DNA from: Obrimoposthia wandeli
Lineage: Eukaryota
Length of the DNA stretch: 64,000 nucleotides
Reading direction: 5' to 3'
NCBI GenBank assembly: GCA_977020255.1
Contig: CDROCS010005249.1
Coordinates: 1-64,000 of the forward strand
Shown here: in pieces, positions 1 through 10,988 of the stretch
Layout of the letters: each line of letters begins with the position of its first letter
Numbering within the stretch: the stretch's first letter is position 1
Made by a program: the position numbers and the translations under genes
The notes under the pieces: generated by a model
Databases searched by the model: none
What the model was told of the DNA's origin: nothing
The model's input: only the letters and a program-made list of their open reading frames with translations

Positions 1-17
1 GATAAGCGGCTAAAATT

Positions 18-404
18 TTGGTGTTATCTGGCTTCGACTCCGCTCCGTTTCCAAGTACCGTCATTAAAGCAGGAGCGAAAGGTTTTTTAACTAAGCGCGG
101 ACCTGCCGATGAGCTAATAATTGCGGTTAAAACAATTGTAAGCGGAAAGCAGTACTTATCCCCAACAGTAAAGGAGCAATTAGAGGGGGGAGAATCAGAA
201 AGTCCGTTGTCGGTTCTAACTAAGCGAGAAATCCAAATATTCTCCTTGTTAGCAGAGGGGTTAAAGGCCGCTGAGATAGCAGATAATATGTGCCTTTCTA
301 ATAAGACAGTTCATGCCCACAGGGCTAATATTTTAAGAAAACTATCTCTTAATAATAACTCGGAACTTTGGTATATTTCTAAACTAAACATGTGGGGTAG
401 TTAG
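18..404 (+). CDS. NarL/FixJ-family response regulator, C-terminal part (end of REC domain + LuxR HTH); begins upstream of the window, with an in-frame TAA at 3-5
   Basis: KILVLS...GAKGFLTK receiver beta4/beta5 motifs; LTKREIQIFSLLAEG...LSNKTVHAHRANILRKL LuxR HTH. Confidence 0.85.
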   Translation: MVLSGFDSAPFPSTVIKAGAKGFLTKRGPADELIIAVKTIVSGKQYLSPTVKEQLEGGESESPLSVLTKREIQIFSLLAEGLKAAEIADNMCLSNKTVHAHRANILRKLSLNNNSELWYISKLNMWGS

Positions 405-1579
405 ACATAAATGGCCTTTTATCTTTCATGGCTTTTAAAAATAAGCTCAATACCGATATGCTCTGTTCTTTCGTTTCAAAAGAACAAACATGCCCCATTT
501 GTAGAGGCAGCAGCTACCGCGCACTAGCTGCAGTAACCTTTGATTGGTAACATCATAGAAGGGCTTTATTGATACGCCAAATGTTCGCCCTATAGCTTTG
601 AAATACAAATGGTGGCTTAAATTCATAACATATTTAAAAATTCAAATGGATTCCTTTTTTATTACATGCCGCCTGCAAATCTTGAGGGAATAGCTGTCCA
701 TCTAAAAGATTATCTGATTGTAGTCGAATTGTGTTTTCAACATATTGTATTTTCGGCCTTTTCAGTTGCCATCAATCTTTCCATATGTGTGAGTAAACAT
801 CTTCTGCAACCCACTTGGGCCTTGGGTGGCAAATTGGAAGAAAACAGACAAGGCGGTATGCAAGAGTTCTTTAATGCGCTAATGAGTGCTTATAGAAGGT
901 GACCTTAATTCAGTTTTAGGCATAACTTCATCACCAAATTAGCTTCAATCAACTGGGGGGTAACTCTTGAGTTAAATCATGATGTATCTGGTGAGGTGAT
1001 CACTCAGGAGGTGCGTCATATAAAATCAGCCCACTTTACTAAGTCATGTAACGATCACTCATCTGCTGTTCTATCTACCTCAGGTGTCGAGGCATGACAG
1101 AGTGCATACCTAATTCTGGCTTGCTGGCATTGGAGCTTTTCACTTTTGAATTGAATAGCCAATAAACGACAGGCACATTTGAGGAAGGCAGAGTATGCTC
1201 CCCCAGAAAGTCATATCACTGGCATTGCTGAATAATGTCTTGAACACCTTTAAAGTGAAAGGCTGTGGCAAGCTCCGGCATTGTCAGCAATTATGGCGTA
1301 ATTATTGCGCGTATTTTTTGTGTAATACAAATTCTACAAGGTTTCAGATAATTTGCATTTTGTTTGCAGACGTAACTAATATTGCTAAAAGATTAATAGA
1401 AACTAGTTTGTCTCAGTCTCAATTATCCAAGGGTGCTTTTCTAAAACTAGTTACTAGGAGGCTGTGGGGCTTAACGCTAATCTACTGCGAACGGCAAACT
1501 CGATAAACTCCTAGTATATTGTTTTAAATACACTAGTTTACTTCGCAAATATAACATCAGCCAAAAATTGAGAATATAA

Positions 1580-2164
1580 ATGACTGAACTTAGCTCATTA
1601 CTTAGCCAAGTAAAGGCTTGCACGCTATGCGAGCCAAGCCTTCCTCTAGGCGCTAGACCTGTACTGCAAATAGATACGGCGGCTAAAATTTTAATTGTAG
1701 GACAAGCTCCGGGTAAAAAAGTACATGAAACTGGCGTTCCATTTGATGATGCTAGTGGGGCAAGATTACGAGATTGGCTGGGCCTTACATCAGAACAGTT
1801 CTACGATGCTAAAAAGGTAGCAATACTGCCGATGGGCTTTTGTTTTCCTGGTACCGGAAAATCCGGTGATCTACCACCAAGGAAAGAATGTGCGAGTGCG
1901 TGGCGAGAACATCTACTCGCTCAACTGCCAAATATAGCGTTAACAGTAGTGATAGGACAATACGCGCAAGAGTATCAGTTTAAGAAGCCGAAAATGTCAG
2001 TGACTGAGCGAGTAAAGTTATGGCGTAAACACTGGCCTCAGGTTATTTCTTTACCACACCCAAGCCCTAGAAATAATATTTGGTTATCTAAAAACTCTTG
2101 GTATGAAATTGAAGTAATACCCGAGCTACAAAAACAGGTCGCTAAAATACTGAGTGCTAAATAG
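1580..2164 (+). CDS. Uracil-DNA glycosylase superfamily protein
   Basis: IVGQAPG motif, PF...SG.RL..WLG, and C-terminal LPHPSPRN motif; N-terminal CxxC. Confidence 0.88.
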   Translation: MTELSSLLSQVKACTLCEPSLPLGARPVLQIDTAAKILIVGQAPGKKVHETGVPFDDASGARLRDWLGLTSEQFYDAKKVAILPMGFCFPGTGKSGDLPPRKECASAWREHLLAQLPNIALTVVIGQYAQEYQFKKPKMSVTERVKLWRKHWPQVISLPHPSPRNNIWLSKNSWYEIEVIPELQKQVAKILSAK

Positions 2165-2342
2165 CCAGTGCTAAATGTTATAGTTAGTAGTGCTTATCGG
2201 CATGTTTTCTTGGGCTTTTAAGTAGTGCCAAGGGTTTGAAATAACACTAAATTGATGCGAGGGTTGAGGGGCTTTCACTATTAAACTGTTGTGAAATAAT
2301 GTATCTTATCCTCAGTTAAATTAAATAGAGAAACGCTTTATT

Positions 2343-3536
2343 ATGATTATTAAACCAAAAATTCGTGGCTTTATCTGTACAACAACCCATCCAGAGGGTT
2401 GTGCATCAAATGTGCGTGAGCAAATACAATATGTTCAGCAAAAGGGTGAAGTAGCAGGTGGTCCAAAGCGGGTCCTGATTGTTGGTGCATCAAGTGGCTA
2501 TGGCTTGTCATCGCGTATAGCAGCAGCTTTTGGTAGTGGTGCGGCAACGATAGGTGTTTTTTTTGAAAAACCAGCATCTGAAACTAAGCCTGGAACAGCA
2601 GGCTGGCACAATAGTGCTGCATTTACAATGGAAGCAGAAAAAGCCGGTTTATATGCTAAAAGCCTAAACGGCGATGCGTTTAGTGATGAAGCGAAGCAAA
2701 AGACGATTGAGCTGATAAAAGAAGATTTAGGTCAAATTGACTTAGTTGTCTATTCTTTGGCATCTCCAGTACGAAAAATGCCTGAAACAGGCGAAGTGGT
2801 TAGATCAACACTAAAGCCAATTGGTAATTCATATGAATCAACGGCGATAAATACTAATAAGGATACCTTATTTAGTGCACAAGTTGAGCCTGCCACCGAG
2901 CAAGAAATTGCCGATACGGTAACGGTAATGGGTGGAGACGACTGGCAGCGTTGGATTGATGCCTTAATGGATGCAGATGTTTTAGCGCCGGGTTGTAAAA
3001 CAGCAGCTTATAGCTATATGGGTTCAGATATTACTTGGCCAATTTATTGGCATGGAACAATTGGTCGCGCCAAGCAGCACGTTGATGAGATTGCAGCTGT
3101 TTTAAATACTAAGATGCAAGGTATTGGCGGACAGGCAAATGTTGCTGTGTTGAAATCAGTCGTTACTCAAGCGAGTTCTGCAATACCTGTTATGCCGTTA
3201 TATTTATCTATGGTGTTTAAGGTCATGAAAGAAAGTAATGTTCATGAAGGATGCATGGAGCAAATTGATCGCTTATTCCGCACGGGTCTTTATTCAGATG
3301 ATGTTGTTTATGATGAAGGCAATCGCTTTCGTATGGATGATTGGGAGCTGCGCGATGATATACAAGCACGTTGTAAAGATATCTGGGCAAAAGTAACAGA
3401 TGAAAATGTATTCGAAATTACAGATTATGCCTATTATAAGTCAGAATTTTTGAAGCTGTTTGGTTTTGATATCGATAGCATTGATTATGAAAAAGATGTT
3501 GAAACATTAGTGCCTTTTGATGTTATAGATATCTAA
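2343..3536 (+). CDS. fabV: Enoyl-ACP reductase FabV (trans-2-enoyl-CoA reductase family)
   Basis: [21 protein letters not shown]-terminus, GASSGYG nucleotide-binding motif, [11 protein letters not shown] catalytic Y/K segment; 397 aa. Confidence 0.96.
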   Translation: MIIKPKIRGFICTTTHPEGCASNVREQIQYVQQKGEVAGGPKRVLIVGASSGYGLSSRIAAAFGSGAATIGVFFEKPASETKPGTAGWHNSAAFTMEAEKAGLYAKSLNGDAFSDEAKQKTIELIKEDLGQIDLVVYSLASPVRKMPETGEVVRSTLKPIGNSYESTAINTNKDTLFSAQVEPATEQEIADTVTVMGGDDWQRWIDALMDADVLAPGCKTAAYSYMGSDITWPIYWHGTIGRAKQHVDEIAAVLNTKMQGIGGQANVAVLKSVVTQASSAIPVMPLYLSMVFKVMKESNVHEGCMEQIDRLFRTGLYSDDVVYDEGNRFRMDDWELRDDIQARCKDIWAKVTDENVFEITDYAYYKSEFLKLFGFDIDSIDYEKDVETLVPFDVIDI

Positions 3537-3553
3537 CGGGTAGCTATCAAAAT

Positions 3554-3590
3554 AATAGCAAGGTGCATATGATTATGACCTTGCTATTTT
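3554..3590 (+). terminator. Probable intrinsic terminator after fabV
   Basis: AATAGCAAGGT/ACCTTGCTATT stem followed by T run, 17 bp after the stop. Confidence 0.6.
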
Positions 3591-4070
3591 ACACACCTTA
3601 TCCCTTTCTATTGGATATCCAAAATCCTACTTCTGAAGCAGGTTTAGCTTCGCTCTAAGCTCTTTTTATTTAAGCTGTTCCCACTCTGAATTATTGTTCT
3701 GCTTATCGTTATATTCCCGCTTATCTCAACCCCAAGCCTTTATCTAACTGTCTATATCGCATTAGTGTGCTTATTTTAAGATCGATCGCCTCCAGATTAT
3801 GTATTCTTTAAAAATGCCGTTCCACTTATAAAATGTCGATTTTTATGCCTAAGTTATGAATATTACCTATCTAGAGTAGTGCTGTTTATAGTTCAAGATT
3901 AAGGAAGGGGTGAACAAATTTGAATGAAATAAAATCAATTTATTTCATTTAAAGTAGATTATATGTATTAATTTTCATTGAATATGCTATTTTATACTTT
4001 AAAAAATCATAAAATTTACCTTACTTAGTAGGCTAGCAGAACCTACTAGTGCAGTTTCTTGAGATGATAC

Positions 4071-5054
4071 ATGACGAATAAACAAAAAAAATCACCGATT
4101 CGATACGGCTTCTTACTTGTCAATAAATACTCCATGATAGTGTTGAATACAGCGATAGAGCCGTTAAGAATGGCGAATAGGCTGGCTAATCAAGACTTAT
4201 ACGAGTGGCCTATTTATACCTTAGATGGCGAGCCAGTTTCAGCTAGCAATGGTTTAATGGTTGCATCTGAAGGAGCGTTAGAGACAGCTAAAGATTTGGA
4301 CATATTATTTATATGTGCTGGGGTAGATGTATCTAATATTTACAGTAAAAGGTTAGACTCTAGTTTAAATAAAATAGCGTTGCAAAAAATCAAACTGGGC
4401 GGTATTTGCACGGGTACCTATTTACTGGCGCGATCCGGTTTACTTGATGGCTATAAATGCACTATCCATTGGGAATATAAAACCAGCATGCGAGAAGAGT
4501 TTAGTCAGGTATCAATTAATGATGAGTCTTTTGAAATAGACCGTGATCGCATCACATGTGGAGGAGGCCAAGCGCCATTAAACATGATGTTAAGGCTTAT
4601 TAGTGATTCAAGTAATGATAAGTTGTCGGCTAATATATCAGAGCAATTTATGTGTGATAGGACATGCAGCCGTAATGATAGGCAGCGAACGCCATTGCAG
4701 CAGCGTATAGGTACTAATCAGCCAAAGCTTATTGAAGCGATTGAGTTGATGGAGTCAAGTATTGAAGAGCCAATGAGTATTAGTGAGCTGTCAAAAGTGG
4801 TTGGGATATCAGGAAGGCAATTAGAGCGGTTATTTCAAAAATACCTAAGCTGTGTACCTACTCGTTATTATATGGATTTGCGCTTAAACTGTGCTCGTAG
4901 GCTGTTGTTGCAAACGAGTAAGTCGATCATTGATATATCTCTAGCGTGTGGTTTTGTATCCTCTTCACATTTTAGTAAATGCTATAGAGATTATTTTGGA
5001 GATTCCCCTCGAGGTGAAAGATTACAAAAGCTATCGGGTGTTGATGTGTATTAA
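4071..5054 (+). CDS. GlxA-family transcriptional regulator (DJ-1/PfpI-like amidase domain + AraC HTH; GbdR/CdhR-like)
   Basis: AIEPLRMANR, GGICTGTYLLA, TIHWE, and C-terminal RQLERLF...LACGF.SSSHFSKCYR AraC motif. Confidence 0.93.
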   Translation: MTNKQKKSPIRYGFLLVNKYSMIVLNTAIEPLRMANRLANQDLYEWPIYTLDGEPVSASNGLMVASEGALETAKDLDILFICAGVDVSNIYSKRLDSSLNKIALQKIKLGGICTGTYLLARSGLLDGYKCTIHWEYKTSMREEFSQVSINDESFEIDRDRITCGGGQAPLNMMLRLISDSSNDKLSANISEQFMCDRTCSRNDRQRTPLQQRIGTNQPKLIEAIELMESSIEEPMSISELSKVVGISGRQLERLFQKYLSCVPTRYYMDLRLNCARRLLLQTSKSIIDISLACGFVSSSHFSKCYRDYFGDSPRGERLQKLSGVDVY

Positions 5055-5471
5055 AGGTATTAACGTCGCCTTTTAAGCCTCTTAGAAAGGCTTAGTCATC
5101 TTGTTAATAGCTCTAGCTTTCAAGCTAGCTCTGCGCTGGCTCTTTTAAACAGGCTCTAATTTTGCTTTATGGTCTGTTTTTTTAACGCATTAATGATCTA
5201 TTTTGATTAAATGACGTCACAGTTTTTGTAAAAAAACACTTGACTAAGGTAATCTTAAGAACATCAATTAACTGTTTGATATTCATACAAAATTACCTAT
5301 ATTATAAGTGCGACGAAAAGATATGGCCACTCGGTATATACTTGAAGGTTTGACTTCCCAAAAGATGCGATCTAAAGTTATCTTATCGTTATTCCTATCC
5401 ATCCACATTACATGTGCTCTGCTATAAATTTGTTTATTTTGATCAGTGATTTTTATAAAAGTGGTGTATAA

Positions 5472-7910
5472 ATGATTGAAGCATTTGCTCTTCAGGTTAT
5501 TATTTATTCGATATTTCCGTTTTACCTAGCCCGACTTGAAAAACCAACCAGAACAGTCGCATTTTATATTTACATCAGTGTTTCCCTTTTTTTGGGCGGC
5601 TTTATCGGCTCAGTCCTATCTATACCTATTTCAGACACTATCAATATATCAGCAGGAAACCTTTCTTATGGTGCTGTAATGATGACCAGTATATTGTTCG
5701 TCATTATCGAGCGCGATCTATTTATTATTAGAGGGATAGTTCGTTTAGTCATTACGGTTAACATTTTCAAAATTTTAATCTTCTCTGCCATCGGGTGGAG
5801 CTTAGCAAAAGAGGGGGTCATTAATCCGAACAACACATCTGCTTCTATTTTTAAGGTGTCGGTATGGTTCACAGTACTCGGAGGTGTTTTGATCATAAGC
5901 GAGCTTACTGTTTTACTCTATCTATTTGATAAATTAAAGAAATCTATTAAAAGCAGTTTTAAACTATCGATAGCTTACATATCAGCGTTCGTAATAGTGA
6001 TATGCCTTGATGGGGTTCTGTTTCCAAGCATAGCATTTGGTTTTAGCGATAGACTAATAGACTTTGTTGTAGGTGGCGTGAAAGGAAAGTTAATAATGGC
6101 AAGTGCCTATAGTATTCCTATGGCAATATTTCTTTATCTTAATAGAGAAATACTTGCAGAATATGCTTCAGACCCTCCTTTTGCTTGGCGCCACTTACTT
6201 GTGTCAAGTGAAGAGTTGATGCGCAATATACATAAGAATGACGAGCGACTTAAGCAGGCGGCCGTGGTTTTCGATAATACGCGTGAAGGTATTGTTTTAA
6301 CCAATTCAGACTTTGCTATCATTAGTATTAATAATGCGTTTACAAAACTAACGGGGTTTACTGAAAAAAAAGTGATTAGCGGGGCTCTTAAGTTGAATCA
6401 GATTGTCGAGTTTTCCCATGAATCAGAGATGCTAGTCCATAGGGCTCTTTCGACAGATCACTATTGGCAGGGCGAAATTACCTACAATAATAAGTCTGGC
6501 GTTAGTTTTTCAGCGTTATTTTCTATCAATTTAATAGAGGATGCGCAAAGGAAAAAAAATACCTATGTAGGTGTCATAACAGACATTAGCGAGATAAAAC
6601 ATGTACAAGAGCAGCTTACTTACCTTGCTAATCATGACTCACTGACAAAGCTATCCAATAGGCGGCATTTAATAGAGCACTTAGATATGTCCCTCATTGC
6701 AGCACAGTGCAACCAAAAACAACTGGCTCTGTTAATTATCGATCTGGATAACTTTAAAGATGTAAATGACAGCTACGGTCATACATTTGGGGATGAGTTG
6801 CTAGTAGATATCTCGACAACGTTACAAAACAACACGGGTGAATCTGATCTCTTGTGTCGAATTGGTGGAGATGAGTTTGCATTACTATTAGTGAATCTTA
6901 ATGAGCCAGAAGAGGCGAGTCATATGGCGATGAAGCTCATGGACGTTATTAGTGGTTCATGGAAGCTCACTAACGGTCTGAGTGTCCATTTAGGAGCTAC
7001 AGTGGGTATAAGTATTTATCCTGATCACGGTAATACGACAACGTTATTACTTCAACATGCAGATTCCGCGTTATATAGTGCAAAAAATAAACAGCGAGGA
7101 TCATTTCAATTCTTTACAGAGAGCATGACGATAATTGCTCGTAATAGAATAGAGCAAGGATATCAATTGCGAAAATGTATCAGGGATGAGCATTTAGAAG
7201 TATTTTATCAGCCGCAAGTAAATTTTAAGACAGGTGAGGTATATGGAGCAGAAGCTCTCGTTAGATGGAATGATCCAATAAAGGGCTATATTCTACCTGG
7301 CGACTTTATACCGCTTGCAGAAGAAACGGGTTTAATTAATATCATTGGTGCGCAGGTCTTGAAGAAAGCCTGCCAGCAAGGTAAAGAATGGCTTGATGAA
7401 GGGGTAAGGCCTATACAATTGTCAGTTAATATATCTGCCCACCAACTTCGTCATGGTGATATTGTTGGTACGCTAAAATCAATTTTGAAAGAAACAGGGT
7501 TTCCCGCTAAGTCTCTTGAATTAGAGCTAACAGAAAGCTCGTTAATGGAGAGGGAGAGACAAGTGGCTCCTGTCTTGGAAAAGTTTAAAGAAATGGGTAT
7601 TAGTTTAGCTATTGATGATTTTGGAACAGGTTATTCGTCATTGTCATACTTAAAAGACTTCCCAATAAACACGCTGAAAATTGACAAAAGCTTCATTGAT
7701 GGAATCCCAAATGATAATGATAATATGGTCCTGACATCTACGATTATATCTATGGGTAAAAATCTAGGCTATATGGTTATTGCTGAAGGTGTTGAGAAAG
7801 TAGAACAGTTTGATTGTTTAAGAGCAATGGAATGTGATTCGTTTCAAGGATATTTAAAGAGCAGTGCTGTACCCGCCAAGGAGTTTATCAAAATTATACA
7901 TAAGACATAG
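5472..7910 (+). CDS. Membrane-anchored PAS-GGDEF-EAL protein with a VUT/YhhQ-like N-terminal membrane domain
   Basis: HDSLTKLSNR, IDLDNFKDVNDSYGH, RIGGDEF, EALVRW and DDFGTGYSS motifs are intact; PAS at about aa 265-375; about 225-aa hydrophobic N-terminus. Confidence 0.92.
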   Translation: MIEAFALQVIIYSIFPFYLARLEKPTRTVAFYIYISVSLFLGGFIGSVLSIPISDTINISAGNLSYGAVMMTSILFVIIERDLFIIRGIVRLVITVNIFKILIFSAIGWSLAKEGVINPNNTSASIFKVSVWFTVLGGVLIISELTVLLYLFDKLKKSIKSSFKLSIAYISAFVIVICLDGVLFPSIAFGFSDRLIDFVVGGVKGKLIMASAYSIPMAIFLYLNREILAEYASDPPFAWRHLLVSSEELMRNIHKNDERLKQAAVVFDNTREGIVLTNSDFAIISINNAFTKLTGFTEKKVISGALKLNQIVEFSHESEMLVHRALSTDHYWQGEITYNNKSGVSFSALFSINLIEDAQRKKNTYVGVITDISEIKHVQEQLTYLANHDSLTKLSNRRHLIEHLDMSLIAAQCNQKQLALLIIDLDNFKDVNDSYGHTFGDELLVDISTTLQNNTGESDLLCRIGGDEFALLLVNLNEPEEASHMAMKLMDVISGSWKLTNGLSVHLGATVGISIYPDHGNTTTLLLQHADSALYSAKNKQRGSFQFFTESMTIIARNRIEQGYQLRKCIRDEHLEVFYQPQVNFKTGEVYGAEALVRWNDPIKGYILPGDFIPLAEETGLINIIGAQVLKKACQQGKEWLDEGVRPIQLSVNISAHQLRHGDIVGTLKSILKETGFPAKSLELELTESSLMERERQVAPVLEKFKEMGISLAIDDFGTGYSSLSYLKDFPINTLKIDKSFIDGIPNDNDNMVLTSTIISMGKNLGYMVIAEGVEKVEQFDCLRAMECDSFQGYLKSSAVPAKEFIKIIHKT

Positions 7911-7930
7911 AGCTTCCCTAACAGCTTCTT

Positions 7931-9600
7931 AGCCCCCTGTGTCAGGCTAGTTGTCGCCTCTAATTATTAGTTAGAGGTAATTGTAATGAAGAGATCTTTT
8001 ACTCAATCATTTAAAATACAATCAGTTGAAAAAGCCTTAAATCGAAGTGCTGGTACTACTTTAAAAGAAGTGGCTATCGCATTGAACATGGGTGAATCCA
8101 CTTTAAATAAATGGATAATCAAAGCCAGAAATCAAGAGTTTGAAATGGTTTCATCTAAAGAAAGATTGATCGCGTGACCAAGAGAAAAGATCTCATGAAT
8201 GGACAGCAGAAGAGCGGTTAAAGAGCGGTGGGCAAGGCAAGTGCTTCTTAGAAGAAGAGTCAATTAATGAGCTCTGTCGTGAAATGGGTATTTATCCGCA
8301 TCATGTTCAACAGTGGGAAACTTGATTTCATTACTGGCAGCTCTGGTAATAACAAACAGATACACGATCTGAAGTTAAAACGCTTAAGCATGAAAACAAA
8401 AACACTAAAAAGAAATAAATCGTAAAGATAGAGCATTAGCAGAAACAGCAGCACTATTGGTTCTCCAAAAAAAAAAGTACAAGAGATATGGGTCGGGACG
8501 AGGACAACTGATTAATGAATACTGAGCGCCAGGAAATAATAGGATCTGATTACACAGGCAAAAACACTGGCGCCAGACAAAAAGAAAGCCTGTGAGATTA
8601 TAGGAATAAGTGCCAAAACGATTCAGCGTTGGGAAGCATCAACCAGTCATGAAAGATGGTTTTGATTGCTAAGCATGCTCCAAAAAACAAGCTATCTAAA
8701 ATGGAGTATCAACGCGTCTCCAAGTAGCCAATAGCCCTGAATACGGGCATTTACCGCCTAGTCAAATGGTGCCAAAGCTTGTTGATATGGCATATACATT
8801 GCCTCAGAAGCCACTGTGTATCGAATATTGAATAAGCGAAAGCAGCTTAAACATCACACAAAAGTAAAGTGACCAACAAAAGGCACAAGCCAAGAGCGCT
8901 AATATTAGCAACGAGCCCAAACGAAGTTTATACGTGGGATATAACCTACTTACCGACTCAAATTAAGGGCGTTTTGTATATTTGTATTTGGGTACTTGAT
9001 GTGTTTAGTCGAAAAAATTGTCGGCTGGCAGGTTCACAGCGAAGAGCTGAGTGCGCTTGCCGCTGATATGATGAAAGATATTTGTTATAAAGAAAAAATA
9101 AAGCCCAATCAGGTGGTGCTACATTCAGATAATGGTAGCCCGATGAAAGGACAATGCTAGCGACCTGCAGGAATTAGGCGTAGTACCTTCATTTAGCAGG
9201 CCATCGGTGAGTAACGATAATCCTTATTCAGAATCCGTGTTTAGACATTGAAATACCGCTCAGAATACCCTGAAAGTGCCGTTTTCAGATATCAACAGCT
9301 CGGCAATGATGTTGCTAAAGGCTTTGTGCATTGGTACAACAATGAGCATCTGCACAGTCGCATTAAATTTGTCACCCCTCCTCAGCGCCACAGTGGAAAG
9401 ACATCGAAATATTACTCCAATAGAAAGAAACTATGTAGCTGAAAAAGCTAAGAACCCGATAAGATGGTCAGGCGATGTTAAAAACTGGGACTATATTGAT
9501 GAAGTTCATCTGAACCCAGAGAAAGAAAAAACTAAGGATGAAAATGAAGTGGCGGCATAAAATTAAACTTTAGGCGACAACTCCCTTGAAAAACACCGTT
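7931..9600 (+). mobile_element. Decayed IS3-family insertion sequence (ends approximate)
   Basis: Imperfect terminal inverted repeats sharing AGTTGTCGCCT (7949-7959) / AGGCGACAACT (9572-9582); OrfA HTH plus fragments of a DDE integrase core. Confidence 0.82.
7986..9560 (+). pseudogene. IS3-family transposase OrfA/OrfB, multiply frameshifted
   Basis: Fragments MKRSFTQSFKIQ (HTH), PNEVYTWDITYLPT, LHSDNGSPMKG, SRPSVSNDNPYSESVFR, WYNNEHLHSRIKFVTP lie in different frames. Confidence 0.88.
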
Positions 9601-9707
9601 AGGGAGCCTATGATTTTGTGTATTCTATCCACGGTATTTTAAACGACAATAAACACAGTGGCCCGCATCCGGTTTTATGAATTCAATCCTAAAACGCTAT
9701 TTTTATT

Positions 9708-10988
9708 CACTAGTGTCCGGTTTAAAAAAAGATGTAAGGCTATAGAGCATTAACCTCGGGAATTACGGTAAAATTGTTGTTACCTAGACAGCTATTTTCC
9801 CAACCAGAGGTTAAGCGTGAAACATTCTAACAGTATTTTCTACCAACTATTGAAATTTATTCCCCGTCATACCTTCCAAAAAGCAGTTGATCGACATAAG
9901 GGCGATCATCGCATAAGAACTCTTTCATGCTGGGATCAGCTAGTCGCCTTACTCTTTGCACAGCTTAATAATCAGACTTCGTTAAGAGGTATTGAAACGA
10001 CATTTAACAGCCAAAAATCTAAACTTTATCATCTAGGTGCGAATCGTATCAGCCGCTCATCGTTAGCTGATGCCAACGGCAATAGGTCCTCTGCTATTTT
10101 CAGTGAAATACTCTATTTCTTGCTCAGTAAGGTGCGCTCAAAACTGCCTAGAAGTGATGCGGGACAAATGATAAGGTTGATTGATTGAACGACGATTGAT
10201 TTGAATCTTAATCAATTTAAGTGGGCAAAGTTTCGATAAAAGAAAGCAGGGATAAAGCTTCATACCGTGTACGACCCTAATGCCGCAGTCCCTGTTTATT
10301 TTTCATTAACAGAGGCTAAAACAAATGATGCTAAAGAACTAAACAACCTGCCGATGATGCCAAACACGACCCATATTGTTGATCGTGCTTATAATAATTA
10401 CAGTTGGTTTTATTCATTGAATCAGGATAACTCTATATTTGTTGGTCGAATGAAGACAAACACTTGCTATCAAGTAGTGGAAAAAAGGTTCCTATAGGAA
10501 TGGGAGTCGCTGCAGATGAAATTATTCGACTAAGCAGTGCTAAAGGAAAGAAGCTCTGCCCAATTGATTTACGCCGCGTTACCTTTGCTCGAGAAGAAGA
10601 TCAAAAAGAGCTGGTATTTATTACCAACGATTTATCGCGTTCAGCGGTTGAGGTTGCTGCATTATATAAACAGCGCTGGGAAATAGAATTGTTTTTTAAG
10701 TGGATAAAAAAAACCTAAAAATAAAACGTTTTATCAGCCAAAATAAAAACGGTGTGATGATTCAAATATTGATAGCACTCATATCCAACCTGCTACTAAA
10801 GTTGACACAATTAACATACTTGAGCAAGCAAACACTCTATCAGATATGCCTATTAATTGGTGCAAACCTGATGGAGCGTAGAGGTATGATGGAGTTGCTA
10901 AATCCATTTTTAAAACGGCTGAAACCAGACAAAAACAGCGTGGAACAAATGAATTTGGGGCTTTTAAATGTTTAACCGGACACTAATG
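9708..10988 (+). mobile_element. IS4-family insertion sequence, 1281 bp, decayed
   Basis: TIRs CACTAGTGTCCGGTTTAA (9708) and, on the reverse strand, CATTAGTGTCCGGTTAAA (ending 10988); no matching target-site duplication. Confidence 0.88.
9817..10975 (+). pseudogene. IS4-family transposase (DUF4372-type N-terminus), with nonsense codons and frameshifts
   Basis: MKHSNSIFYQLL...CWDQLVALLFAQL; LID*TTIDL (TGA) and KFR*KKAGIKLH (TAA) in frame; IVDRAY; LYKQRWEIELFFKWIK signature. Confidence 0.9.

Noticed and set aside
666-1506. ORFs 666..902 and 1195..1506 as genes
   Set aside because: No recognisable motifs or convincing RBS, and atypical Cys-rich composition; not supported as coding.
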